Positions 1-13,200 of a stretch of DNA of 64,000 nt are shown here, one piece after another (the first letter of the stretch is position 1; each line of letters begins with the position of its first letter). The notes under the pieces are model-generated. The model saw only the letters and a program-made list of their open reading frames with translations. It was not told the DNA's origin and ran no database searches. The position numbers and the translations under genes are program-made. Source of the stretch: Selaginella moellendorffii. Taxonomy: Eukaryota > Plantae > Lycopodiophyta. The stretch spans positions 403,691 through 467,690 of the forward strand of contig NW_003314270.1 in assembly GCF_000143415.4 (NCBI RefSeq), given 5' to 3'.

Positions 1-149
1 CTGTTTTGAATCATAGCAAAAAAGACTATACAATTTTGTTTCTGAGAGATAATTAGAAAGTCCTAAGGGCAATATTCAGTGTGCTTCTATTTTCTTGTGG
101 TTTGGCTATTTTTCTATTTACTTATTTTAGAGCTTGCACACGCTGTCTA

Positions 150-222
150 AGGTTTAGGATCCACGGTGACTATATAGCTAAATCTCATCCTATGATCACA
201 TGCGCTACACTCACTCCCCCTT
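150..222 (-). mobile_element. Start of a short-LTR retroelement 3' LTR (150-208) with adjacent polypurine tract (209-222)
   Basis: Minus strand reads AAGGGGGAGTGAG then TGTAGCGCATGTGATCA, matching the LTR start at 3616. Confidence 0.6.
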
Positions 223-356
223 TAGAGATGTCAATATCCTCATTGACTATTAATTAACAACCCCTATTGAGCCAAGACATGCGCTACACTCACCCCCCTT
301 TTAGAGATGTCAATGTCCTCATTGACTATTAATTAACAACCCTTATTGAGCCAAGG
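198..356. repeat. Tandem duplication of ~79 bp spanning the LTR/PPT junction
   Basis: ACATGCGCTACACTCAC...TATTGAGCCAAG occurs at 198-276 and again at 277-356. Confidence 0.85.
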
Positions 357-595
357 AGAACTAACACCTCCATTGTCCTCATTGACTATCCTTCCATTGT
401 GTAGACTAGTCAAAGATGTCAATGTCCCACAGTAGATACCTTTATTTGGGATGCTCTAGAAGAGAAAGGATGTACGCATAGATGCCTAATACATACAATT
501 TTCAAATTTAAAGGTAGAAATATACCTTGCTCAAGGGTATATTATATTTTAGATAGCCACTAATCAATGGGAATTGAACCCATGCCATTACCACA

Positions 596-757
596 TGTAA
601 CACATCTTATCTCCCTCCCCTTAAGTCAATTGGAAAAGGGGCAATTGCTTGATAATAGAGCCCTTAGTGGCTATTTTATCCCCATTTATCCCCCAAAGTT
701 CCAAAGATCCATGGTAACAATATATCCAAATCTCATCCCATGATCACATGCGTTACA
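596..757 (-). mobile_element. Short (~162 bp) solo LTR, TRIM-like family
   Basis: TGTAAC...GTTACA ends; reverse complement of 3616-3771 plus 4921-4926; no clear TSD. Confidence 0.7.
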
Positions 758-3700
758 AATTAGTATTGAAATACATATGGTTTGTATCTATTAGTGACTT
801 TAAATTTCCATTTCAGAGTGGAGCCACATCTAAAAAAGGCAGTTGCTGAAAACCCAAAAGAATGTACTCCATCTTCCTCTAATCCCTCTCAGACTGATTT
901 TGTGTTTTTTGAGCTGTATTTGTTATTATTACAGATTCAACATCTGAACGGAATGTTAAGTCTTATCAAGCGGTGGGCTATTCAATGAGCATGACAAATA
1001 TTAAAAAGAGATTGAGAAAAAAGAGAAACATCATGTCTTACAAATATTAAAAATAGATTGAGAAAAAAAAATTCTAATCTATACTATGTTCCTCTCATGA
1101 TTAGTTAGAATGATGGTATAAAACAAATTTCAAATTGTCAAAACAATCCAAATAATATAGCTCATCCAGCCAAACCAAATAGTAGCCCCCATGGAAGAGG
1201 AAGTCCATGTATGTATGGACAAGCTCCACCTATGTATCAGACCACATGACATAGTTTCTCTCCTTGGGTGAGTGGGAGGGCTTTGGCTTTGGCACACCAG
1301 CTCCTGCTTTGAAGGTGAAACCAAGCAGCAAACTTTGTTGAGTGGGAGCCATTTTCTTAGCCTTGACAAAGTAGCACTGGCTTTTGCACTGTTATTTTTA
1401 AACATTACAGCTCTTCAACAATGCTTTGCAATAGTTCCCATTTCTCTACTTGGTAGATAGAAATATTGCTCTGCTGAATTACAATCAATTGGAATCTGCA
1501 TAAACAAAAACTTACACTTGGCTTTTGTGTATCTGGATTACACAACATCAACTTCTAGCATACAAGATTATACCCTGACACAGAAACAAGCCTTCTCTGT
1601 GCAAAAAATCATCCAGCACAAGGCCATTATCGCAGTCATACACCAGAAACCATGAGGAAACCAGGAGGAAGAGCGATACAGTATGGAAGAAAATACAAGA
1701 TAACTGACACAGTTCAAGCAGTATACAAGGATGACAGCGGAAGAGGTGCAGCAGTACAAGGACTTTCATCCACAACGAGCCATACAGTTAACGATGGCAA
1801 TTTTGCATGATTGTTTATGTCTGGTGCTGCTACAGGTTGAGCATTTGACATGGGGTACCAGGGTAGTGGAGTAGACTTGCTTTACGACGCCCTGAACAAG
1901 ATCAAGGAGGAGACTGTATTTTCATGTACCGTTTGTCTCTTCCAGCTTAACGGCTGGGGTAGGTCGTGGGTGGTTCGAGAGTTACTTCATCCTTTAGATT
2001 TTTGAAAAGGTTTCCTCAACCGTGCAAGACAGGCACTGGGAAATGGAGATTACGCAGGCCATCTCACATGCATGCCCTACTGTCTGGCTTATTGGAACGC
2101 TGCATTGAGCAGCTGGTTGGAGCTAGTTGGATTCGTCTGATTTCAGACAAAGAATCAGATGAAGAAAAGAAGAAATGGAAAGTGTTTTTTCTAGGAGTTC
2201 TCTCTGACAGACTTAAGCCTTCATTTGCCCTATAAAAGCTTGAGAATCCATCAAGTTTCTACACTACGAGTAAACGAAGATCAAACTGTTTCGCTATGGA
2301 TCACAATGGTGTTCAGTAATTGCGTTCGTAACCAGCAAGTGTGGCTGGAATTCGAGTGTTGGAAGATGTGTCAGACACAGTTTTGTGCTACAATCCGTTT
2401 CCGTGGGTATAATCCTCTATAACATTGGTAACAAAGGGAAAGGCCTAGAAAAACGCCTGTGTCTAGACTTGGACCATACTGTGTCGGTTCTCTGTTTGCA
2501 AGTCATGGAACTCCATCATCAGCAATTCATCCTTTTGCTGTCTGCGGTATCAAAATAGTAGAGCAAAGATTCCTTGCGTGTTATGACTACCTCCTTGCAT
2601 GTGATGCACTGCGCCTGGGATCCATTATGGGCGAACCACTTTGAGAAGTTTGCAAAACCTTCACAGGGCGTATATGTCTTTGCTTCTGCAGGTGGCTTGG
2701 GATGAATCGACAAGGCCACGATTCCTTTAAGTTTTCTAGAGCACCTGCTAGACGGAAAGAGGAGCCGTGTATTGCCACAGTTGTTTTTAAACATGAAGAC
2801 CAGTAGATAGTGGTCTTTTGGTCGGTAGTGGAGAATCAGATTAAAAAAAAAAATTGAACAAGAACTTAAGTTTCTCGAGAAGATAAACTACTTTTGTCAC
2901 TAACTCCTCTGGAGCTGGAGGAGGAAGATAAAGTCGTGCTCTTTTTTTCCACTAATACAAGATTAAATTTTATTATTTCATATGCATCAAGGCAATGATA
3001 ACAATGTTGCCAACTGTGAACATTATATAGCAGATAGCACCGAGAAACCCTAGCGTGAGCGATCATAAAGTGCATGGATGATGGGATCAGAAAGGTCAAA
3101 GAAAATTCGAAAGAGGAACTAGTGTTGTGTGTGACGAATATAGATTCAAAGCCTGGTGCTCTGACCAAGGAGTTCTCTGTCACGGATGACAGAGAAATAC
3201 TCGAGGCAATTGCATCACACTGAGTTTCAAGTTTAATAGATTCATGTGGCGCCTGTCTGAATTCGTTTGTAAAATTCCTGGACTACCGCTTTCCTTGAGA
3301 CAAATGGGAAACAGTAACTGTATTTTCCTTTTGACAAAGCATTTTAAACACCAAAATATTCTGTCATTGATTGTTTCATATGCATGCTTCCTGGAGTATG
3401 GAAGCGCACACACACAAACCCAGTGGTAAGTCCGTTTCTTGGTTTTTATTCTAAAAAACTGTTACAATTGAACTTGCCAGGGACAAAAACGAGCCCAAGA
3501 GTCCATGGAAAAGGTATTTCATGTCTAAACCAGTTTATTCAGATTGTTCCCTTTGATACAGGGAGAGAGCTCAAAAAAGGCTGCCATAAAAGAGGTGTTC
3601 ATCAAAGAAATTAGTTGTAGCGCATGTGATCATGGGATGAGATTTAGATATACTGTCACCATGGATCCTTGGAACCTTGGGGGATAAATGGGGATAAAAT

Positions 3701-3771
3701 AGCCACTAAGGGCTCTCTCATCAAGCAATTGCCCCTTTTCCAGTTAGCTTAAGGGGAGAGAGATAAGGTGC

Positions 3772-4915
3772 TGTCGCGAATGTGATTTCAGGTATCGAAA
3801 GTTACCTGTCGGCCAGTCCTTACGGACACTCTTACCTTACTGCCACAATGGCAGGAGGTCGGTATTGCTGGACCCTTTATTAGTCCCTCTTGTTCAAGTG
3901 TTAGTAAACTGGACTTTGCATCTGTACTTGGCCGGATGAGCATAAGGAAGGAATTCCTAAGTGTCTATTTAGCTGAGCATACTCGACCTGGCTTGTTAGT
4001 TCTCTTTTGCTCTGTCTTGCACTAGCTTGACAAGAACCCTCACATATTGAAATTGGTCCCTCAATATCGCTACATGATAGCTTACCGTGTCTGCCAAACA
4101 CCCTCGCTATCATGCCCTTTGTGTTAGTCTCATTTCGGTCCCAAATGCTATTTATGGAAGGTGTTCAGATTTNNNNNNNNNNNNNNNNNNNNNNNNNNNN
4201 NNNNNNNNNNNNNNNNNNNNNNNNNNNNNNNNNNNNNNNNNNNNNNNNNNNNNNNNNNNNNNNNNNNNNNNNNNNNNNNNNNNNNNNNNNNNNNNNNNNN
4301 NNNNNNNNNNNNNNNNNNNNNNNNNNNNNNNNNNNNNNNNNNNNNNNNNNNNNNNNNNNNNNNNNNNNNNNNNNNNNNNNNNNNNNNNNGTATAGTAGGG
4401 ATAGTGGGTAGGTTGGGCATGGCCGACCAACCTGAGGCATAGTCTAGCTCCCGCTTGCGTGCCTGTCCTTGTTCTGCGACTAGCTTGGGTCTAAACCCAA
4501 GTTCCATTCCATGTTAGCTGGAGGAGTACCCATGTCCTCACGTTAGGCCACCGGTATGCCAAAATAGCGCCAGACTCTGTTTGGCTCCGTTTTGCGTGCT
4601 GGTCCTGGCATTGGGATGCTGGTTGCTCTAGGACTGTTCGAAGTCGCTCCGGGCTCCTGTCCCTTCGCTCCTTGGGCTGTATGTTCAGGAGTTGCTCCGT
4701 GGTTCGGTTCTGTCACTCCTCGGCTCTATACTTGGGAGTTTGGCACCATTCCTTCGTTCAATGGCCCAAGGCCCTAAACCTTGGGTTCCTGTGGACACGT
4801 GGCATGTGACACGTGGCATCTGTCACGTGGCACAAAGAGGGTTTAGGTTCCGCTTCGTGGTGTTATCCTATGGTAAATCACCATAGGATAAAGGGTCAAA
4901 ACCACGTGCGCTACA
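3772..4915. mobile_element. Solo LTR, family B (~1.14 kb, contains an assembly gap)
   Basis: TGTCGCGAAT...GTGCGCTACA with perfect 5-bp TSD GGTGC (3767-3771 / 4916-4920); colinear with 54561-55705. Confidence 0.9.
4173..4389. other. Assembly gap (217 N)
   Basis: Run of N; the size matches the missing part of LTR B. Confidence 1.
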
Positions 4916-4929
4916 GGTGCACTACATCA

Positions 4930-6160
4930 ATGACCTGTAAGATGACCGTTCTTACAGGTGGTCCTTCCGTGCAAGAGTCAAGAACAAGTTGATACATTTT
5001 AACACGAAAATATCTGGATGCATAATGTCATTCGACGTTGTTGATGTCTAGGGAACAGAGATCAGAATTATTGGTTCCGACAATTGTGCCTTGGTTTTGT
5101 CAAATAAGATTGTATAGGGTACAGTGTATTCATTTTCTGGTAGTGGTGGAATACGACGTTCCAATTAGGCATACACACCATTTGAAGTGACATGGGAGAT
5201 TCAGGCTAATAAAGGTATGGAGTTTACAGCCCTGGATGAGGATGCAACATTCCCAGGAATTGTCTTGGAAAAAACAAGCATCTTAGATGGTGTCAGAAGG
5301 AAAGGGACTCTTTTGTCAATGTGGTTGGTATCATAATATGGATTGCTACAATTTTTGTAACATCTCATGACAATGGATCTTTTGTGAAGAAGAGAACATT
5401 GTGTCTAGGTGATGATTCAAGCCACAGTGTTGGTCTATGTCTCTGGGATTTAAAAGCAGAAGAAAGCGGGCTCATATATATAGGAGCCGATAGAGAGTGG
5501 AGTTCAGCCAATAATATGTGTCTAAGGGTGGAAAGGTATTAGACTACAGTGGTAAATCACTTTTAGCAATTGGTGTGAATACCATTCTTATTGAACTGGA
5601 AATGGAAGTAGTAGCTGATTTGAGAGAATGGATGACATTGTACTACAATGTCACTAACTTCATACATTTAAGCACTTCATCATCCAGACAGATTATTAGC
5701 TGCACCACTACTTTATTAGAGATATCAAACATGAAGCTAAAGGTGTTAGAGAATTCCCCTATTTATAGAGTGATAGCTATTGTGAAGGAAATGAAGACAG
5801 ATGAGTTTTACTATAATGCTTGTATTAATGTCATGAATGCATGGCAATATGGCAAAAAAACTACCCAAACAGTAGATGGCTGGTTCTATAGTTATTGAGT
5901 CTGCCAACATGGTATTCAAGTATGCTCTAAAGATGTGCATCAAAGATAATAACAATCATGTGTGGGCCATTGCATTTCAAGAGGCTGCACAGGAAATAGT
6001 GGGAATGCAGGCAAAGGAACTAGCTACAATGAGAGATGAGAACTATCCTGCATTCTCACTACATATTGATGGTATATGCTTGAAGATTTACAATTTCAAA
6101 ATCTGGAGCAAGCTTGAAAAATACCAAGACATGGAGAAGTTCAGGTTCTATATACTCTGA
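4930..6160 (+). pseudogene. Intronless replication protein A 70-kDa subunit (RPA70/RPA1)-like pseudogene
   Basis: Fragments YRWSFRARVKNK, SFDVVDV*GTEIRI, KKRTLCLGDDSSHSVGLCLWD, FYYNAC and FKYALKMCIKDNNNHVWAIAFQEAAQEIVGMQAKEL match RPA70 OB folds A, B and C. Stops and frameshifts are present. Confidence 0.8.
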
Positions 6161-6764
6161 CTTGACACCTAAGATATGCAGATTCCATTCTAATCTTTTA
6201 CATGTTTTTGATATATTTATCTGTGTTTTGTTTTGTAGTTACATGGAACTTGCAAAAATAAATAAATAAAACACACCTCCTAGCAAACATTAGCTCTATT
6301 TGATGGTTATTTGTAGCAAGAAAGGAATGTTAGGATACAAAAACTAAAAAGGGAAAGAGCAACAATGCATGATTCTCAAGTGGACAATAAATGACAAGTA
6401 CATCAACAGTATCAAAATTTAGTATGTTATAATCAACAAACACATAGTCCCCCAATAAATACAATTATTTATACTTCAACACTCATTGCTTGCAAATGCA
6501 AAACAAGCCATTCATTACCAAAAATCCCATTACCATGCCATCTCATTAACTGCTCTTACTTCCCAAATGCCCAAATAATATACCAAATTGAGAAATGTGA
6601 TTAAGCCACCTCATCATGTGTTGAATAATCATTTTAAGCTTTGAGTCTAAGCCTATATTATTCTATTCCAGTAAACTGTTTAAGAAATAGTGTTTAGTTG
6701 CAATCATAAAGGAAGTAAAAACTAAATAAACCAAATGCTTGTTACATATTGAAGAGCTTAAGCA

Positions 6765-6768
<4 letters not shown>

Positions 6769-6824
<56 letters not shown>
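6769..6824. repeat. (TA)n microsatellite
   Basis: Visible directly. Confidence 0.95.
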
Positions 6825-6827
<3 letters not shown>

Positions 6828-6876
6828 GTGTGTATATCTCTCTGTATTTGTCTATATATATATATATACATGTGTG

Positions 6877-9800
6877 TGTGGAATATAGAAAGGGAATGTA
6901 GAAAATATGCATATCAATTAACCCAAAAACTCTAGCTTATATACAAGAGCGAGTGGTCCAAATTGAAACTAATCCGATGGCTACTAAAATCCTACTATGC
7001 TAATATTAATATACGGCATCGTAGCTATACACTTGGTCCTCACATCATCCCCTTTTGGAATAATGGAAGACCATCAAGGTTCTCTTGTAGATGGACTGGG
7101 ATCTAGAGGAATATCAGAAGGAGTCATCAATGGATTTGTAGGTGGTATTAATTGCTCCTGACCCGTATAAAGCATTTCAATCGCTGCACATGCACAATCT
7201 CTGGAGGATTGGCCTGCTAGACGTCATGCCAAACCTCATAAACTTGTGGTCACACTTGCCGCAACACTTGATACAGTCCCTTCCACTGAGCAAGGAGCCC
7301 CTTAGATAAACCATATACCGTAAGATGGGGAAAATGGACTAACATTAAATCATCCACTTTGTACTTTGCAGGTGGACAATGATGGGAGTTGTAGTGCCGT
7401 TGTTGTCCCACTTGTACATGGCCTAAGTGTTCGGCAGACTCTGTTAAGACAAGTGGAAAAATGCTTGTTAAATATTGATCCCATGACCTAGCATTGGCAG
7501 CTTATGACAATTGCAAAGGTAAACCCAGCTCCGTTGGTAATATTGGATCATGACTATATAGGAGTTTATATGGTGAAGCACTAACAAAACTCTACACCCT
7601 TGTGACATATACATACTGAAGAGAAGGCAAATAACCATCCTAATCCAAATGTTGAAAGTTCACATACTTCACGATTATCCCTTTGAACATCCAAATGAGC
7701 CGTTCCACCAGACTATCTGATTGTGGATGATAAGCACTTGTGAAAGTGTGGCATATCCCCAATTGAGATGTCAAAACATGAAATGCCTCAGCCATAAATG
7801 CGGGACCATTATCCGAAAAAATCCACTTTGGACAAGAATGCTGGAACACCACTCAATTGAGGAGGAAGTATCTAATAGAAGTTATAGAAGCACTAGCAAG
7901 AGCACCGACTTCTACCCAATGAGTCAAGTAGTTAGAAGCAGTAATAATATACTCATTGCTAGCAATCGACCATGGAAAAGGTCTTATAAGATAAAATGCC
8001 ACCAACTCAAATGGATGGGAAAATCCAATTGACTCCAACTGTCCTTTGGCAGCACAAGGGGGAGTATTATGAGTTTGGCACCAAACGCAGCTACACACAT
8101 ACTGGATAATATCACGTCGCATCTTCGGCCGATAGAAAGATCTATACAGTTTCTCAGTTACATAACGATGTTCCATATGCCCACTTAGAACAGGAGAATC
8201 ATGGTAGGGATGGAGAAACTGTGGAATAAAAACAAAAGGCACCACCAACTGTAAATGATCATTAGGATCTATCCCCACAAAATAAAGAAGGCTGTTTTCA
8301 AGGCAATATTGAGAATGTAAATGCCGGAAAGGCAAGTCATTAGCATGATGCAGAATTCTTAAACCTATCTTGAAGCCTTCGAATCTACAGCTCAATCTTT
8401 TGAGCCTCGCGAACCTCATCAAGAGAAGGTAGATCTTGCTCTGTGCCTTGTGGACATTGAACATCAAGTACAACAGCCGCTAATGGCATAGAATTCTCAT
8501 CTAAAAAATCCATAGATGCTAGAACAATAAGCTCGTCAGAAATATAATAAAAGAGTGGAGAAGGAAGAGGAACTTAAGAAAGGGCATCAACATCAGCTAT
8601 AAAACTCCCTAGGTGATGAACAACATCAAAATCATATATTTGAAGCTTCAAAGCCCACCAAGCAGTACGACCAACCAATTTCTTTCGCTTCAATAATGAA
8701 GTAACTATAATATGGTCACCTTCAAGTAACATTCGAGAACTATGTAGATATGCATGAAGTTTCTCAAAACCCCAGACTACTATTAAACACTCCTCTGTTG
8801 TGGAGTAGTTCACCTCTGTTAGTTATAATGTACAGCTTATATATACAATGGGATGGCACTAACCAAACACATTCAAGCTCTTTTGCATCAACACACCTTC
8901 AAAATCAATATCAAAAGCATCCATACGCAAAATAAAAGGTCGAGTGTAGTTAGGATATGCCAAAACTGGAGGAGTCATCAATATCTCTTTGAGATCCACA
9001 AATGCCCACTCACAATTTGAAGACCAGATGAAAGATGATGTTGATGACTTCAGCAACGCTTGCAACAGTGCAATGCAATCAAAAAGATGATCCACAAAAT
9101 GACCAAGATATTGCACCTTGCCCAAAAAGTGTTACACATCATTCACACACTTTGGAGTAGGGAACTTTAGAACAACCATAATTTTGTCAAGATCGACTTG
9201 CAAACCCTTACGAGAAATATGGTACCCAAGATAAGTTATGTCCTTAGACCCAAACATGCACTTCGACCGCTTCAACTTTAAACCAACATCTCGTAGCTAA
9301 TCCAACACTTTACAAACATCATGAATGTGCTCCTCCCACATCCCCTTCGAGTGGATCAAGACATCATCAATGAAGTCAGTAGTCACCTCTAGCATATCGC
9401 AAAGAACCTCGTCCATCATCCGCTAGAAAGTTGCTGGAGCATTGTTCAAACCAAATGGCATCACCAAGAACTCGTACAAACTAAATGGTGTACAAAAAAC
9501 AATCTTAAAAATATCTTCTTTGGCCATCGGTATTTGCTAGTACCTAGAAGCAAAATCTAGCTTGGTGAACCAACAACTTTGCCCCAGACGATCCAAGAGA
9601 TTAGCAGTGTGAGGAAGGGTACACATCTGGGATTGTTACTTTGTTTAATGGATGATAGTCAATGCAGAAACAAACACTCCCATCAGGCTTTCTTACAAGA
9701 TGAGGTTCACATGCCCAAGGACTCCATAACTTCTGACTAACACCCTTCTCTAACATCTCTTTGACATTTGCATGTAAAATCTTGATATCTTTGGGTGATC

Positions 9801-10252
9801 GACAATGAACAGGAACTTTGATTGGATGAACATCCCCGGTTGGAATCGGATGACATGTGGCAATTTTGGCCCCAGACAATAAGTCAAATTCAAAAAGATC
9901 AAAATACTCCTTCATGAGTCGATCAACCACTGCAACACAAAAATTGTTGGAAGGATCGAAAAAGGGAAGAACAAAATAAGATGGAAACATAGGAGGAAAT
10001 AATGGGGGGACAAAGGTAATGGAAACAAAGGTAGAAGTAAAGGGACGAAGAATACAAAAGTGAGAGGAATGGATGAAACATAAGGAAGTATGACACAAGG
10101 GGGAGAAGCCTCAAAGTCACAGTTGGCATGATTGTGTTGCAACCAATCCATACCAAGGATGAGGTTAAAAGCTTGACTCAACACCACCCGCAATAACTGC
10201 AACTCAAGCTCAAGATCGCCCACACGTACAACCAAGTCCACCTCATCTTGTG
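6877..10252 (-). mobile_element. Decayed Ty3/Gypsy retrotransposon: protease-RT-RNaseH-integrase, PPT and 168-bp 3' LTR (6877-7044)
   Basis: LILGMDWL (protease end), VRKPDGSVCFCIDYHPLNKVT (RT), NYSTTEECLIVVWG (RNaseH), HDSPVLSGH...CVWCQ and SDNGPAF (integrase). PPT AAAAGGGGATGA precedes TGTGAGG. Many stops. Confidence 0.9.
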
Positions 10253-13200
10253 CGTAAGCGACTAAATTTTCCATTCTACTTTAGTCACTTAACCACACCT
10301 CTAACCACTTGGAGGAGTATCACTCACAACCCCATAAGTCCTATTCCGGACTTGGGGCTTTCTAGCCTTGAGAATGGCATTTCTGCCACTCAACCTTTGC
10401 ACTTGGTCCAAATGCTCCATGTGTTCGATCCCATGACCGACACCCCAACGTACCACTGACATATTAACCTGTTATGCTAAGGCCATGCCCATTCACCTTG
10501 ATCACACCGGTGGTCCAACACCACCTGCATCACAGTCCCAACTCTTAAAGACTGGGCCATCCGTCCCTAAGTGATCATCTAAGATCCACTCCTTAGCATT
10601 CTTAGGATGCCCGCAACCATGGGGAACACCTTCCCCAATATCCCTTTTACAGTCCTCACCAAGTCCCTTTTCTGTTTGTGGCCGTGTTCGCCAACACTGC
10701 CACTGGGACAAGGCCCACAGGCCCAACCACTAAGTCCCACTATCCTCTAAGACTTCTTCATCACATGACTGTATCCTTGGTCACCACACCAGAGGATTTT
10801 TCCTCTTCCTTTCCATAGTCTGGGACTTTGGGACAACATTTCGGAACACCGTGGCCCTACACGAGCTTCATGGGTACTCTCCCCACCTTTTGCCTTTGGG
10901 TGCTCTAGCCATGGGCTTAGAACGAGGTTCCGTTAAGCCACACAAGGTATCCAAGTAGGTAGTGCCACTTGCGCTTGGATTGGGAGCATTGACCATTCGA
11001 TCTCCTGGGGGAACTAGAGCCGACTCTTGAATACTTCACCAAGTTATCGTGCTTGTTAGTCTGTATTCACTCTAGCCTTGGACTTCCCAGTGGTTATCTC
11101 ATCATCCAACACCTGGGTACAGCCTTCCTAGACCAAACTGGCCTTTCTTGGCCAAACTGGCTCCACTGGGGTCCAACCCCCATACTTTCCCTACTATCCT
11201 ACTTATACTTTTGGAACCCCTTGCAACCCCCCCCCCCCCCCCCCCCCCCCCGAGGGATGATCACTTTGGGCTTTCACCCAATAGCCTGTATTAGTATTCA
11301 GACTCGAACTTGAACTCAAACTTGAACTCAAACTTGAACTCGGTCTCAGTCTTGGTTTCGAACTCGAACTCGGTCTCAGCCTCGGTTCCATCTCGGACTC
11401 CATCTTATTGTAAGCAACCAAAGAGAACGACTCGAGAAACGGTCTATGGGGTTCAAATATAGAGAGAAAGGGCCTATGAACAAGAGTGCACCCCCTTTTC
11501 CAATCAGTTAAGGGTCTTGGGATATTTAGGGTTAAACATCCTTGGGTGTGATGGGTGACCTCTCGGGAAGTCCAAACTCAGGAGCTTACATTTGGTATCA
11601 GAGAGGTCTCGGGTCCGACTCTATTGGTTGGCTAGGGGAATCGCACCACATGTTGATTGACATCTGGCTGGTCCATTTTGCTCCCGCTGGGCTCGACTCG
11701 AGGGGTAGGGTGTCAAGAGAGCAAGGCTCTCGGGAGAGCTGCGGCTCTTAGCTTCCATTCACGAGGGCATGAACTTGCAGGGAAGCGTGGTGGATTGTAA
11801 GCAACCAAAGAGAACGACTCGAGAGATGGTCCATGGGGTTCAAATATAGAGAGAAAGGGCCCATGAACAAGAGTGCACCCCCTTTTCCAATCGGTTAAGG
11901 GTCTTGGGATATTTGGGGTTAAGTGTCCTTGGGTGTGAATAGTACTAGACTGGGTGACCTTCCGAGAAGTCCAAACTCAGGAGCTTACACTGATGTCCAT
12001 CTTAGACTCCATCTCAGACTCCATCTCGGGTCCATTTCGGACTCCATCTAGGGTCCATCTCAAACTCCAGCTCGGACTCCTTCATTGAGAGTTCCACTCC
12101 TGCTCTCGACTTTTTAAATTGAAGCTTTTAGTCCAAATGTGTTATGCTCATTTGGCTTTCACTTTGGCCACTACCATGTGGCATCCTTTCAGCTCCACTT
12201 TGAGGCTTTGGGATTTATGTTTCACAACACCACCACCTATAGACGAAGTTCGATGTCCTCATCGAACAATAAACTATTTTATAAAGTAATACTAGCATGT
12301 ATTACCCTTTTCATCCTTGGCACCTAGTCAATATTCGTCAATGGTTTGATCACTATGCCTTGTTCATCCTTTAAGGAGCATAGTCTCTCCGACATAGAGA
12401 CTGATTTGACCACCCGTGGTGGTTCTCTCCCCTTTATTGGTTTAGTTTTCACTAAACTTGTTAGAGACACTTTCTCTTTCTCAATCCTACTACTCATTCT
12501 CGAGTAGTCTTGGTTTCCATTTATATAACCTTTGCACTTTGGAACTTTTAATTTTGACTTTTCGAAGTCAATTTCCTGGGTGTCTCCGACACCTTGCACC
12601 TTTCACTTTGCCAAATTGGAACACTTGGGAATCCATCCTTGGAAGTACACTTCCTTTCCCACAATCTATTAGCATTTAATACATTAATGTTCTTTAGCTA
12701 ACTTTGCCCTTTGGATTCCTTCCAATGAATCCCATGGCCCAAACTTGGCCACTAGTTTTTTGCTCCTCTCCGTTGATTGTTACACCAAGCAGTATAGGCT
12801 CACTACCTCCATCCTTAAGGTATTCTTTTAGTTCTATGGCAAAGGCTCCATTTTACTAAGTCTAGAGGGTGCTCACCCTTAGTAAGTCTTTTTAGCATTC
12901 TCTACTATAGGCACTATCCATAACCCAACTTTGCGACCCTTTCATGGGTCTTTCCTAGAGACTACTTTCTTAGATTTATTATACCATCACATTAACACCA
13001 ATGATTTCCCTTTTTGGTGTCTTTCTCACTTGGTCACTTTGACCAAGTCACACCATTACCAATAGTTCAAATCATCACTTTGAACTAGGAATGTTATTCC
13101 TTAACCAAACAAAGACTTTGTCCTTATTTAGCCACAAAATCACCTAATGATCTCACTTTGGTCACCTTAACAGATTTGTCAATAAGTATTAAGTCTTCCA

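Larger units (their letters stand above)
3616..4926 (+). mobile_element. Short solo LTR of the same family, split by a family-B solo LTR
   Basis: TGTAGCGCATG...ATAAGGTGC [insert] ACTACA. Flanks TTAGT/TCAAT may be a decayed TSD. Confidence 0.7.

Noticed and set aside
567-588. ATGGGAATTGAACCCATGCCAT resembling the transposon palindrome
   Set aside because: Only the right arm matches; isolated and probably chance.
782-3614. Many 60-105-aa ORFs and possible small exons
   Set aside because: No recognisable domain and no consistent splice model; left unannotated.
4087-4507. ORFs spanning the N gap
   Set aside because: Artefacts of unknown bases.
11918-11972. 5S rRNA gene
   Set aside because: Only the internal promoter part, embedded in a Cassandra LTR.
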